A DNA stretch of 46,479 nt. It comes from Gammaproteobacteria bacterium (GTDB taxonomy: Bacteria; Pseudomonadota; Gammaproteobacteria; Steroidobacterales; MnTg04). The stretch covers positions 1-46,479 of the forward strand of contig JAPUGL010000073.1 in the NCBI GenBank assembly GCA_027292775.1. The letters are read 5' to 3'. The position numbers and the translations under genes are program-made. The notes beneath the pieces were generated by a model that was given only the letters and a program-made list of their open reading frames with translations, searched no databases and had not been told where the DNA came from. Each line of letters starts with the position of its first letter. Position 1 is the first letter of the stretch. This document shows positions 19,249 through 27,315 of this stretch, one piece after another.

Positions 19249-20430
19249 ATGCGAACAAGGCGAACCGCGAATTGGTTTTTTGGTGCGCCAGTGCGCCCGA
19301 ATCGGTTTTTTTCTGCGCTCGTGATTTGCCTGGCTCTGGTATGCATCAATGGTTGTAGCGTGGCCTATTACATGCAGGCCGTAGGCGGTCAGATGAGGGT
19401 TCTCCGTCTGCGGGAGCCCATTGACAAGCTGCTCGGTGACCCCGATACCGATGCGGATTTGAAGGAACGGCTTCGGCGAGTTCAGGAAATCAGGAATTTT
19501 GCCAGCGATACACTGGGTCTGCCGGAAAATGGCAGCTACCGTTATTACGCCGATCTGCAAAGACCGTTTGCTGTATGGAATGTATTCGCCGCACCCGAAT
19601 TTTCGATTGAGGCGGTTGATTCTTGTTTCCTTGTTATCGGCTGCGTTGCCTATCGCGGGTATTTCAAGGAAGCCAGCGCGCAGCGTTATGCGAAGCGAAT
19701 GGCGAAAAAGGGCAACGACATTTACGTTGCCGGGATCACGGCTTACTCAACACTGGGTCGTTTTGATGACCCGGTTTTCAACACGATGATTTACTGGGAC
19801 GATTGGCACCTGGCCGGCGTAATTTTCCATGAGCTGGCTCATCAGTGGCTCTATGTCAAAAGCGATTCCGCATTCAGCGAGGGGTTTGCCACGGTCGTTG
19901 AGGAATACGCCGTCAGCGAATGGTTGCAGTCGCAGGAATCGCATCGTGAATTCGCCCACTTTCAGGACCGCGGTGCCAGCCGGGCGATTTTCGCCAGAAT
20001 TACCGGTGCTGCCCGCGAAGGCTTGAAAATAATTTATGCCGCGGACGACTCGGACGACCATAAACGGCGGGAGAAAAAAAGGATATTTTTCGAGTTGAAG
20101 GAAGAATTTCATCGCCTCAGCAAAGAAAATCCAGACTTCGAGAACTTCGCGGCATTCTTTGAGCAGGACCTTAACAACGCGCACCTGGTATCGGTGGCGA
20201 CTTATTACGAATTACTGCCTGACCTGCGGTGTCTATTGCACGAGGCCGCTTCGAATCAGCTGGACGTTTTCCTGGCATTGGCGACTGAGCTGGCTGCGTT
20301 CAAGGACAAGGAGTCCCGGCTGCAGCGCTTGCGCGCCCACTGTCAGCGCCCGGCTACCCGCCGAGCCGAATCGCGCTTGTCCCTTGTCATTGCGGGGCCA
20401 AGCCAGCCCGGAATCAGCCTGGAAAAATGA
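19249..20430 (+). CDS. Putative zinc aminopeptidase lipoprotein (PF10023-like)
   Basis: Signal peptide with lipobox (LVCINGCS). HELAHQ zinc motif within VIFHELAHQWLYV. About 390 aa. The last 88 nt overlap the convergent next gene. Confidence 0.75.
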   Translation: MRTRRTANWFFGAPVRPNRFFSALVICLALVCINGCSVAYYMQAVGGQMRVLRLREPIDKLLGDPDTDADLKERLRRVQEIRNFASDTLGLPENGSYRYYADLQRPFAVWNVFAAPEFSIEAVDSCFLVIGCVAYRGYFKEASAQRYAKRMAKKGNDIYVAGITAYSTLGRFDDPVFNTMIYWDDWHLAGVIFHELAHQWLYVKSDSAFSEGFATVVEEYAVSEWLQSQESHREFAHFQDRGASRAIFARITGAAREGLKIIYAADDSDDHKRREKKRIFFELKEEFHRLSKENPDFENFAAFFEQDLNNAHLVSVATYYELLPDLRCLLHEAASNQLDVFLALATELAAFKDKESRLQRLRAHCQRPATRRAESRLSLVIAGPSQPGISLEK

Positions 20431-21311
20431 TGCGGACTGATGCCGGTCCTTGCAAAACCATTCTCGCTGCACAGGCTGTGAACCTTCAGTGAACGGTAGT
20501 TGTCGCGAGAAAAAGGTTTGCCCGGCCAATACTCGAAAAAAGCTGCCTGCAAGCTGGACAAACTGTCCGGCAGGCCGACAACCAATCGTCTGCATTGCAT
20601 GGATGTCGCAATGAGCTGCACGATTTCTTTCAACGAAAAAACCTGTGGTCCGCAAAGTTGCAAGGTCTTGCCGTTCAGCGCCTGATCGTCCAGGCAACGC
20701 ATGAGTACGCTGACCACATCTTCGACATAGACCGGCGCCATGCGGGCGCGCGGGGCTGCGAGCGGAAACACCGGTAGTATCCGCAACAGAGTGGCGAAGC
20801 GATTTGTAAACGAGTCTCCCTCTCCAAAAATAACCGAAGGCTGCAGTATTGTAGCGGCCAGTTCCCGCCCGGACTGGCGAATGATATTCTCCGCTTTCCC
20901 CTTGCTGCGCAGGTAATGACTGGCCCCCTGTTCGCCATCCGCATTGAGGGCACTGAGATAGACCAGGCGCGGCACATGGTTCTGCAGGCAGGAGTCGACG
21001 ACTTTCCTCGTCAGCTCTGTGTGTGCCTGCGCGAAACCACTGCCGTCATGGCCTTTTTCATTCAATATTCCGACCAGGTTGATGACCGAGTCGCAGCGCT
21101 CAAAGAGCGAGTCCAGCGTTTCCTGCCGGTGAATATCGCATTGCCTCAGCTCAAGATTCGGGTGGACCAGCAAATCCTTGTGGTCTTCGCGATAACGGGT
21201 CGGTACCCGAAGGCGATGGCCTTGGTTGGCGAGGCGTGCGAGCAAGCGATGACCGACAAAACCGGTTCCGCCGAGTACACAAATGACAGATTTTTTTCTC
21301 GTCCAGTCCAC
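20343..21311 (-). CDS. NAD(P)-binding atypical SDR, NDUFA9/NmrA-like
   Basis: GTG start. ICVLGGTGFVGHRLLARLANQGH Rossmann motif. 322 aa. Confidence 0.8.
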   Translation of the reverse strand: MDWTRKKSVICVLGGTGFVGHRLLARLANQGHRLRVPTRYREDHKDLLVHPNLELRQCDIHRQETLDSLFERCDSVINLVGILNEKGHDGSGFAQAHTELTRKVVDSCLQNHVPRLVYLSALNADGEQGASHYLRSKGKAENIIRQSGRELAATILQPSVIFGEGDSFTNRFATLLRILPVFPLAAPRARMAPVYVEDVVSVLMRCLDDQALNGKTLQLCGPQVFSLKEIVQLIATSMQCRRLVVGLPDSLSSLQAAFFEYWPGKPFSRDNYRSLKVHSLCSENGFARTGISPHHFSRLIPGWLGPAMTRDKRDSARRVAGR

Positions 21312-21537
21312 TTTCAGTTTTGACCATCAGGCGAGGTGGATTGCGCTGACTCCTATTGTGCTTTAATCGGCACATTATCAACAGGATGAAATTTGGATAA
21401 TCAGGTTTTTGCTTCGCCCGACATTTTTGGACACCTTCCGGATTGGAGAATCTTCCTTGTTGACGGATCGGCCGCCGGATTGCGGCGGGCACTGGCTGTG
21501 CTGCTGATGAAGCCGGGCCTGAAAATGCCGTCGCCAT

Positions 21538-21568
21538 AAATAAAAAAGCCCGGGGACAGCCGGGCTTT
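21538..21568 (-). terminator. Intrinsic terminator after the DegP/DegQ-like gene
   Basis: The minus strand reads GCCCGG-CUGUCC-CCGGGC followed by UUUUUUAUUU, 27 nt downstream of the stop at 21595. Confidence 0.7.
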
Positions 21569-21594
21569 CAGGTAATGGTGGCGAGCGTGTGTGC

Positions 21595-22953
21595 TTACTG
21601 GACCGGTATCAGAAGACGATTTTTTCCCCTTCTTATGGTCAGCAACAATGCTTCCGCGCCTTCGGCCCGGTCGCGGAATTGCTGGAGGTTTTCCACGTCT
21701 CGACGATTGACTTCCGTAATGATGTCGTTGGACCGCAGGCCACGTTGTGCGGCAGGACTGTTTGGCTCAACGCTAAGCACCCGCACGCCGGCGTGTTCAT
21801 CTGCCGAGCTTGTGCCGATCAGGCTGGCGCCTTCCAGACCGTCATGTACATCAGCGCCGGCCAGGGGAGTGTTTTTCACCTGCTCGCCCAAGTACGCCAA
21901 GACCGACCTGGTTTTTCCGTCGCGCCAGACTCCGATTCGCACCTCCTCTCCAACAGGCTTCATGCCGATGGTGTTGCGCAGCTCGGCCGAGTCCTTAATG
22001 ATTTCTCCATCAACCTCGATAATGACGTCGCCAGGCTCGATTCCTGCCATGGCGGCGGCCGATCCTTCACTGACCTCGGAGACCAGTGCGCCAAGCGCGT
22101 TTTCTTTTTCCAATTCTTTCGCCAGCGCCGGCGTTAGCGAATAAATTTGCACGCCTAGCAGGCCACGGCGAACCTCACCGAATTCGATGATCTGGTTCAT
22201 TACTGCATTGACCATGTTCGACGGTATGGCAAAACCGATACCAATATTGCCGCCACCACCAGAGATGATGGCGCTGTTGATGCCGACCAGCTCCCCGTTC
22301 AGATTGATCAGGGCGCCACCGGAGTTGCCGGGATTGATAGATGCATCGGTCTGGATAAAATCCTCATAGCCGTCCGGATTGATGCCGTGCCTGCCAAGAG
22401 CGCTGATGATGCCGGAGGTAACCGTATGCTGCAGACCGAAGGGGTTGCCGATAGCAACCACAAAGTCACCGACGCGGGCGTCGTCCGAATTCGCCAGCGG
22501 GATATCCTGCAGGCCGTCGCTTTCGACTTTCAGTACCGCGAGGTCCGAAGCGGGGTCCCTGCCAACGATAGTCGCCTGCAATACCCGTTCGTCAAACATC
22601 GTGACTGTGATCTCATCCGCATGTTCGACCACATGATTGTTGGTGATGATGTAACCGTTTGCAGAGTCTACGATGACGCCTGAGCCAGCGCTTTGAAACC
22701 GGCGGGGCTGAGACGGTGCGTTAAAAAACCGGCGGAAGAACGGGTCATTTTCGAATGGGCTGCTGCGCCGGCCCCTGGTTTCCACGGTACCTGTGGTCGC
22801 GATATTGACGACGGCGGGTGAAGCCTGTTCGATCAGAGGCGCCAGCGTGGGCGTGCCGTTTTCATCGCTGGTAGGAAATATGGTTGCACCGGCAGGCAGG
22901 GTAATCAGGAAGGATAGTATTGCCGGTACCAGAAATTTTCTGTTGCTTCTCAT
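21595..22953 (-). CDS. Periplasmic Do/DegP/DegQ-family serine endoprotease with two PDZ domains
   Basis: Signal peptide. Catalytic-triad contexts NNHVVEHA, DLAVLKV and GNSGGALINLNGELVGIN. Two PDZ-like regions. 452 aa. Confidence 0.93.
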   Translation of the reverse strand: MRSNRKFLVPAILSFLITLPAGATIFPTSDENGTPTLAPLIEQASPAVVNIATTGTVETRGRRSSPFENDPFFRRFFNAPSQPRRFQSAGSGVIVDSANGYIITNNHVVEHADEITVTMFDERVLQATIVGRDPASDLAVLKVESDGLQDIPLANSDDARVGDFVVAIGNPFGLQHTVTSGIISALGRHGINPDGYEDFIQTDASINPGNSGGALINLNGELVGINSAIISGGGGNIGIGFAIPSNMVNAVMNQIIEFGEVRRGLLGVQIYSLTPALAKELEKENALGALVSEVSEGSAAAMAGIEPGDVIIEVDGEIIKDSAELRNTIGMKPVGEEVRIGVWRDGKTRSVLAYLGEQVKNTPLAGADVHDGLEGASLIGTSSADEHAGVRVLSVEPNSPAAQRGLRSNDIITEVNRRDVENLQQFRDRAEGAEALLLTIRRGKNRLLIPVQ

Positions 22954-23024
22954 GCGTGCTCCGATTCAGTTTGGTCCGGTGGCTCACCGGAACCCCGATT
23001 ATACAACCGCAAAAGGCGGACAGG

Positions 23025-23049
23025 AAAAACGGGTGGAAAGTTCCACCCG
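23025..23049 (-). terminator. Intrinsic terminator after the Hsp20 gene
   Basis: The minus strand reads CGGGUGG-loop-CCACCCG followed by UUUUU, about 30 nt after the stop at 23078. Confidence 0.6.
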
Positions 23050-23077
23050 ATTTCCATTGCCCGGATGCATTCCGGCC

Positions 23078-23521
23078 CTAATCGACCTGGATGTCGATCT
23101 TTTTTGGCTGGATTTCGGCAAGCTTGGGGATAATTACCTCGAGCACGCCTAGCGAGCTTTTCGCGGTTATTCGATCCGAATCCGCGGTGTCGGGAAGGCT
23201 AAAGCGCCGGTAAAAGCCACCGCTCGCGCGTTCGACGCGTCCGTATGCCTGATCATGGGTTTCCGTTTCCGCCTGGCGGACACCCCTTACGGTCAGCACA
23301 CCATTCTCCATAGTGACTTCAATGTCTTTCGGATCGACGCCGGGGATATCGGCATGCAGAACGAACTGCTTGTCTTCTTCCCTGATGTCTACGGCCGGCA
23401 ACCAGTCGCTGACCGGGGAAATCGTCTCATCCTCGTCCCGCCAGCGCCGGTCCAGTATTCGATCCAGGTCATGGTGCAGTCTATGCATCAGACCCAAGGG
23501 TTGATAGCGAATCATGTTCAT
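23078..23521 (-). CDS. Small heat-shock protein, Hsp20/alpha-crystallin family (IbpA-like)
   Basis: The alpha-crystallin core is present (FVLHADIPGVDPKDIEVTMENGVLTVRGVR...GGFYRRFSLPD...GVLEVIIPK). The ATG at 23521 is preceded by GGAGGA, so it is preferred over the track start at 23560. Confidence 0.9.
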   Translation of the reverse strand: MNMIRYQPLGLMHRLHHDLDRILDRRWRDEDETISPVSDWLPAVDIREEDKQFVLHADIPGVDPKDIEVTMENGVLTVRGVRQAETETHDQAYGRVERASGGFYRRFSLPDTADSDRITAKSSLGVLEVIIPKLAEIQPKKIDIQVD

Positions 23522-23561
23522 CGTTAATCCTCCGAGTAATTTGATTTTTCGCCTGATCACT

Positions 23562-23590
23562 TTTTATGGCCAGTTTCCAGAATTTCAAGT
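23562..23590 (-). promoter_or_regulatory. Sigma32 (heat-shock)-like promoter for the Hsp20 gene
   Basis: The minus strand reads CTTGAAA, a 13-nt spacer, then CCATAAAA. This is close to the sigma32 consensus CTTGAAA-N13-15-CCCCATnT. It sits about 40 nt upstream of the ATG. Confidence 0.5.
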
Positions 23591-23655
23591 CGCCTGCGAG
23601 GCGTGCGGGGATAACCCTGTTCACCAGCTGTGGAAAAGTTGTCAGAATCCGGTGA

Positions 23656-23671
23656 ACACAATATCTTGTGG
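23656..23671 (+). promoter_or_regulatory. NrdR-box-like palindrome (distal)
   Basis: ACACAATATCTTGTGG compared with the NrdR consensus acaCwAtATaTwGtgt. It overlaps the -10 of a promoter-like TTGTCA (23639-23644)-N17-TATCTT (23662-23667). Confidence 0.45.
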
Positions 23672-23781
23672 TGCAGCAAAACCAGCGCTTTTCTCATACA
23701 GACGTCTGAATTTTAAAGAGAAATTCATGTTTAGGCTATAACTTATTGACACTTATAGAGTTTTTCTCAAACAAAAATACC

Positions 23782-23810
23782 TTGACAGCTGATGGACGAC
23801 GGCATAATCT
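23782..23810 (+). promoter_or_regulatory. Sigma70-like promoter for nrdJ
   Basis: TTGACA (23782-23787), then CATAAT (23803-23808, 15-nt spacer) or TAATCT (17-nt spacer). Confidence 0.45.
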
Positions 23811-23820
23811 TCCCTCCCCG

Positions 23821-23836
23821 ACACTATATATTGTGG
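23821..23836 (+). promoter_or_regulatory. NrdR box (proximal), just downstream of the -10
   Basis: ACACTATATATTGTGG is a near-perfect match to the 16-bp NrdR palindrome, positioned over the predicted transcription start of a ribonucleotide reductase gene. Confidence 0.65.
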
Positions 23837-23977
23837 TTTCCTGAATTGGCGCAGGGAAGGCTGAAAAGCCATTCAGGGGCAGGGAAATAAATCGCTTAGC
23901 CCGGGAAAAAGGGTAAAACGCGCAAAAAATAAAAAGCAATGCCAGGCATTGCATGGAAGGGGACACAAAGCCGGGCT

Positions 23978-26125
23978 ATGAAAACAGCTAGAAAAATCGA
24001 TCCAAAGGACCTGGGCGAGATTACATTTCAGGCAGCCTCACTGGACATCTGGGACACCAAATACAGACTCAAAGCGAAGGACGGAACAATCATCGACCAA
24101 CGGGTCGATGATACTTATCTGCGGGTCGCCAACGCGCTGGCCGCAGTTGAACCGCTCGAAAAGCAGGAATACTGGGCCGAGCAGTTTATCTGGGCTCTAC
24201 GCAAGGGCGCTATTCCGGCGGGCCGCATCATAGCCAACGCGGGTGCGTCCGAGCACAAACCTGCGACTTCGACCATCAACTGCACGGTGTCCGGAACGAT
24301 TAACGATTCGATGGTCGAAATCCTGGACAAAGTAAAGGAAGCGGGAATGACGTTGAAGGCCGGTTGTGGGATCGGCTACGAATTTTCGACCTTGAGGCCT
24401 CGTGGCGCCTACGTATCCGGCGCAGGAGCCTATACATCCGGGCCGCTGTCGTTCATGGATATTTACGACAAAATGTGTTTTACGGTGTCGTCAGCAGGCG
24501 GTCGTCGCGGCGCACAAATGGGCACCTTCGATGTTGGTCATCCGGATACACTGGAATTTGTTCGCGCCAAGCGCGAAGACGGCCGCCTTCGCCAGTTTAA
24601 CCTGTCCTTGCTGATTACCGATGAATTTATGCAGGCGGTAAAAGAGGACAAGCCCTGGCATCTTGCATTTCCGGTCAGTCGCCGGGAGGCGGTCAAAGAA
24701 AATCTCGATTTGCAGAATGCCGATGAGTATATCTGGCGCGAGTGGCCGGGCGAGGGAGATTTTGTCCGCAACGAAGAAGGATTAGTGGCTTGTCGCATCT
24801 ACAAGACCATGCCCGCTTCGCGGATGTGGGATGTCATTATGAGTTCGACTTACGATTTCGCCGAGCCGGGTTTCATCCTGATCGACAGGGTCAACGAGCA
24901 GAACAACAATTGGTGGACGGAAAACGTTCGCGCGACAAACCCCTGCGGCGAACAGCCATTGCCGCCATATGGTTCGTGCCTGCTTGGCTCGATCAACCTC
25001 ACGCGGTTCGTCAGCGAACCGTTTACCGGTGACGCCAACTTTGACTGGGACGAGTTCCGGAAAGTCGTCAAGGTGTTCACACGCATGCTCGACAACGTCG
25101 TGGAAATAAATGGTTTGCCATTGGGGAAGCAACGCGAGGAGATTATCAGCAAGAGACGACATGGCATGGGGTTCCTGGGTTTGGGTTCCGCCCTGACCAT
25201 GTTGCGCATGATTTACGGCGAGAAGGATTCGATCGAATTTACCGAGAAGGTCGCCAAGGAACTCGCCCTGGCTGGTTGGGAAACGGGGCTGGAGTTGAGT
25301 CGTGAAAAAGGGCCGGCGCCGATCATGAACAAGGAGTTCAAAGTCACGGCGGAAATGCTTCGCAAACGACCGGAGATGAAACGTGACGGCTGGCAGGTAG
25401 GCGCCCGGATCGCCGGAAAGGTTTTGCATGCCCGTTATAGCCGCTATATGCAGAGAGTCGCCGAGGTGGCGCCGGATCTCGTCGAGGAGCTGGCTGAAGT
25501 GGGTAGCCGGTTTACCCATCACAATTCGATCGCACCGACAGGAACGATATCGCTATCGCTGGCCAATAACGCCAGCAATGGGATCGAGCCCAGCTTTGCG
25601 CATCACTATTTCCGCAACGTGATCAGGGAAGGCCGCAAGACCAAGGAAAAAGTCGCTGTTTACTCATTCGAATTGCTGGCCTATCGGGAGTTGGTGAATG
25701 CCAATGCCAGCCCGACCTCGGAGAACGCCGATAACAAGTTGCCGGAATATTTTGTCACTGCCGATGATATCAGTCCGCGGCGACATGTCGATATCCAGGC
25801 GGCTGCACAGAAATGGATAGATTCTTCCATTTCCAAAACAGCCAATATCCCGACGGACTTTCCCTACGAAGATTTCAAGGACATTTATATCTACGCCTAC
25901 GAGCAGGGACTCAAGGGCTGTACCACGTTCCGGTTTAATCCTGAGGCGTTTCAGGGCGTGCTGGTAAAGGAAAAGGACCTGAAAAACACGACCTATGTAT
26001 TCACGCTTGAGGATGGAACTCAAATGGAATTAAAGGGCGACGAAGAGATTGAATACGACGGCGAGGTGCACAGCGCAGCCAATCTGTTCGACGCCTTGAA
26101 AGAGGGTTATTACGGCAAATTCTGA
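23978..26125 (+). CDS. nrdJ: Adenosylcobalamin-dependent (class II) ribonucleotide reductase, large N-terminal piece
   Basis: Typical class II/I core blocks are present (INCTVSG, GCGIGYEFSTLRPRGAYVSGAGAYTSGPLSFM, TNPCGEQPLPPYGSCLLGSINL, ISKTANIP). The start may be the ATG at 23978 or at 23939. The protein stops before the usual C-terminal Cys-rich tail, which is encoded separately at 26464. Confidence 0.93.
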   Translation: MKTARKIDPKDLGEITFQAASLDIWDTKYRLKAKDGTIIDQRVDDTYLRVANALAAVEPLEKQEYWAEQFIWALRKGAIPAGRIIANAGASEHKPATSTINCTVSGTINDSMVEILDKVKEAGMTLKAGCGIGYEFSTLRPRGAYVSGAGAYTSGPLSFMDIYDKMCFTVSSAGGRRGAQMGTFDVGHPDTLEFVRAKREDGRLRQFNLSLLITDEFMQAVKEDKPWHLAFPVSRREAVKENLDLQNADEYIWREWPGEGDFVRNEEGLVACRIYKTMPASRMWDVIMSSTYDFAEPGFILIDRVNEQNNNWWTENVRATNPCGEQPLPPYGSCLLGSINLTRFVSEPFTGDANFDWDEFRKVVKVFTRMLDNVVEINGLPLGKQREEIISKRRHGMGFLGLGSALTMLRMIYGEKDSIEFTEKVAKELALAGWETGLELSREKGPAPIMNKEFKVTAEMLRKRPEMKRDGWQVGARIAGKVLHARYSRYMQRVAEVAPDLVEELAEVGSRFTHHNSIAPTGTISLSLANNASNGIEPSFAHHYFRNVIREGRKTKEKVAVYSFELLAYRELVNANASPTSENADNKLPEYFVTADDISPRRHVDIQAAAQKWIDSSISKTANIPTDFPYEDFKDIYIYAYEQGLKGCTTFRFNPEAFQGVLVKEKDLKNTTYVFTLEDGTQMELKGDEEIEYDGEVHSAANLFDALKEGYYGKF

Positions 26126-26248
26126 CAATGACAGGGAACAAGCGCTCCTGACCTGGAAGGCGGATCGTTGAACCGAAACCGATTTAACGGTCCCCTTCAT
26201 TTTTGGCAGCAGCGGGAACAGTCACTCTAAACGAGAAAGAGGAAAAAA

Positions 26249-26467
26249 GTGGGCGTCTATTTGCGTATTTGGAAAAAACGAAAAGAGCAAGCGACATTCG
26301 AAATTTGGGCGGGCCGTCAGAACTGGCTTCGTGCTGGACTGATGGTCAAGGATGACCAGGACATACCCGTAACTTCCTGGCTGGAGCGGCATGTGACTGG
26401 CGGCTTGCCCAAACCTGACAGCATTAACAACGGGCCTGCCGCACAGGTCCTGGAGATTGAAAAATGA
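26249..26467 (+). CDS. Hypothetical 72-aa protein between the two nrdJ pieces
   Basis: The GTG start is preceded by AGAGGA at about 7 nt. The stop overlaps the nrdJb ATG (ATGA at 26464-26467). No recognisable domain. Product: MGVYLRIWKKRKEQATFEIWAGRQNWLRAGLMVKDDQDIPVTSWLERHVTGGLPKPDSINNGPAAQVLEIEK. Confidence 0.4.
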   Translation: MGVYLRIWKKRKEQATFEIWAGRQNWLRAGLMVKDDQDIPVTSWLERHVTGGLPKPDSINNGPAAQVLEIEK

Positions 26468-27174
26468 AACCCGTCAAAATCGAGGGGAAAATAGTCGACT
26501 ATCGCGTTGCTAAAGGCGATGCAGCTGGTGCTGAGCAATCAACCGCCAAACCAGACCGCGAAGCGGAGGCCAAACCGAAAGTTGTCCGGATGCACGAAAA
26601 ACTGGTACGGCCGGAGATGCTGGAAGGGACTACCTACAAGCTGAAAAGCCCGGTTATGGATCATGCGATGTACGTAACCATCAACGACATCGTGCTCAAT
26701 GGCGGAACAGAGCATGAGGGCCGCAGACCGTTCGAGATATTTATCAACACGAAAAACCTGGATCATTTCCAGTGGATCGTTGCGATGACCCGGATGATGT
26801 CCGCGGTATTTCGAAAAGGAGGAGATGTCGCGTTCCTGGTAGAGGAAATGAAAGCCGTGTTCGATCCACGGGGCGGATACTGGCTGCCGGGCGGAAAATT
26901 CATGCCATCGGTGATTGCCGAACTGGGCCATATCATCGAAAGGCATTTACAGAAAATCGGTTTACTGGGAAAGACCGGCCTGGATGAGCATCAACGCCGG
27001 TTGGTTAAAGAAAAACGTGCAGAATTTATCGAGCAAAACAGGCAAACCGATGCGTTTGCCAATAGCGCATTTCCCGAGGGCGCTCAACTATGCACCAAGT
27101 GCAACACCGCTGCCCTCATTCGCCTGGACGGGTGCATGACCTGTCTTAATTGCGGGGATTCCAAGTGCGGCTGA
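26464..27174 (+). CDS. nrdJ: Class II ribonucleotide reductase, C-terminal piece (NrdJb-like)
   Basis: MYVTINDIVLNGGTEHEGRRPFEIFINTKNLDHFQWIVAMTRMMSAVFRKGG corresponds to the C-terminal module of full-length NrdJ. It ends in the Cys-rich tail CTKCNTAALIRLDGCMTCLNCGDSKCG. A split arrangement is known from Pseudomonas aeruginosa nrdJa/nrdJb. Confidence 0.9.
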   Translation: MKPVKIEGKIVDYRVAKGDAAGAEQSTAKPDREAEAKPKVVRMHEKLVRPEMLEGTTYKLKSPVMDHAMYVTINDIVLNGGTEHEGRRPFEIFINTKNLDHFQWIVAMTRMMSAVFRKGGDVAFLVEEMKAVFDPRGGYWLPGGKFMPSVIAELGHIIERHLQKIGLLGKTGLDEHQRRLVKEKRAEFIEQNRQTDAFANSAFPEGAQLCTKCNTAALIRLDGCMTCLNCGDSKCG

Positions 27175-27203
27175 TGGGCTGCTGGATGCGGCCTGTCTGA
27201 CTT

Positions 27204-27230
27204 TAAGCGGCCTTCGGGCCGCTTTTTTTT
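27204..27230 (+). terminator. Intrinsic terminator after nrdJb
   Basis: AAGCGGCC-TTCG-GGCCGCTT followed by a run of T, about 30 nt after the stop at 27174. Confidence 0.8.
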
Positions 27231-27315
27231 TCAATGAAAATCAGGGTTTTCCCCCACAGACTGGCGATGGGCCATTTGTTAGCATCGGCCTGAACCGAGA
27301 GAGGCCAGACGAGTC

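Noticed and set aside
21151-21537. 128-aa minus-strand ORF in the degQ / SDR intergenic region
   Set aside because: It overlaps the 5' end of the NDUFA9-like gene out of frame and begins right at the degQ terminator. The product is Pro/Arg/Ser-rich, with no RBS.
23840-23935. Possible adenosylcobalamin riboswitch in the nrdJ leader (GGGAAGGCTGAAAAGCC resembles the GGGAAG..GGTGAAAATCC core segment)
   Set aside because: The rest of the conserved core is missing: there is no GCCACTG element and only a poor B12-box-like AGCCCGGGAAAAAGGG. As far as I know, known B12 riboswitches in RNR regulation control B12-independent classes, not nrdJ. An Rfam cmscan would settle it.
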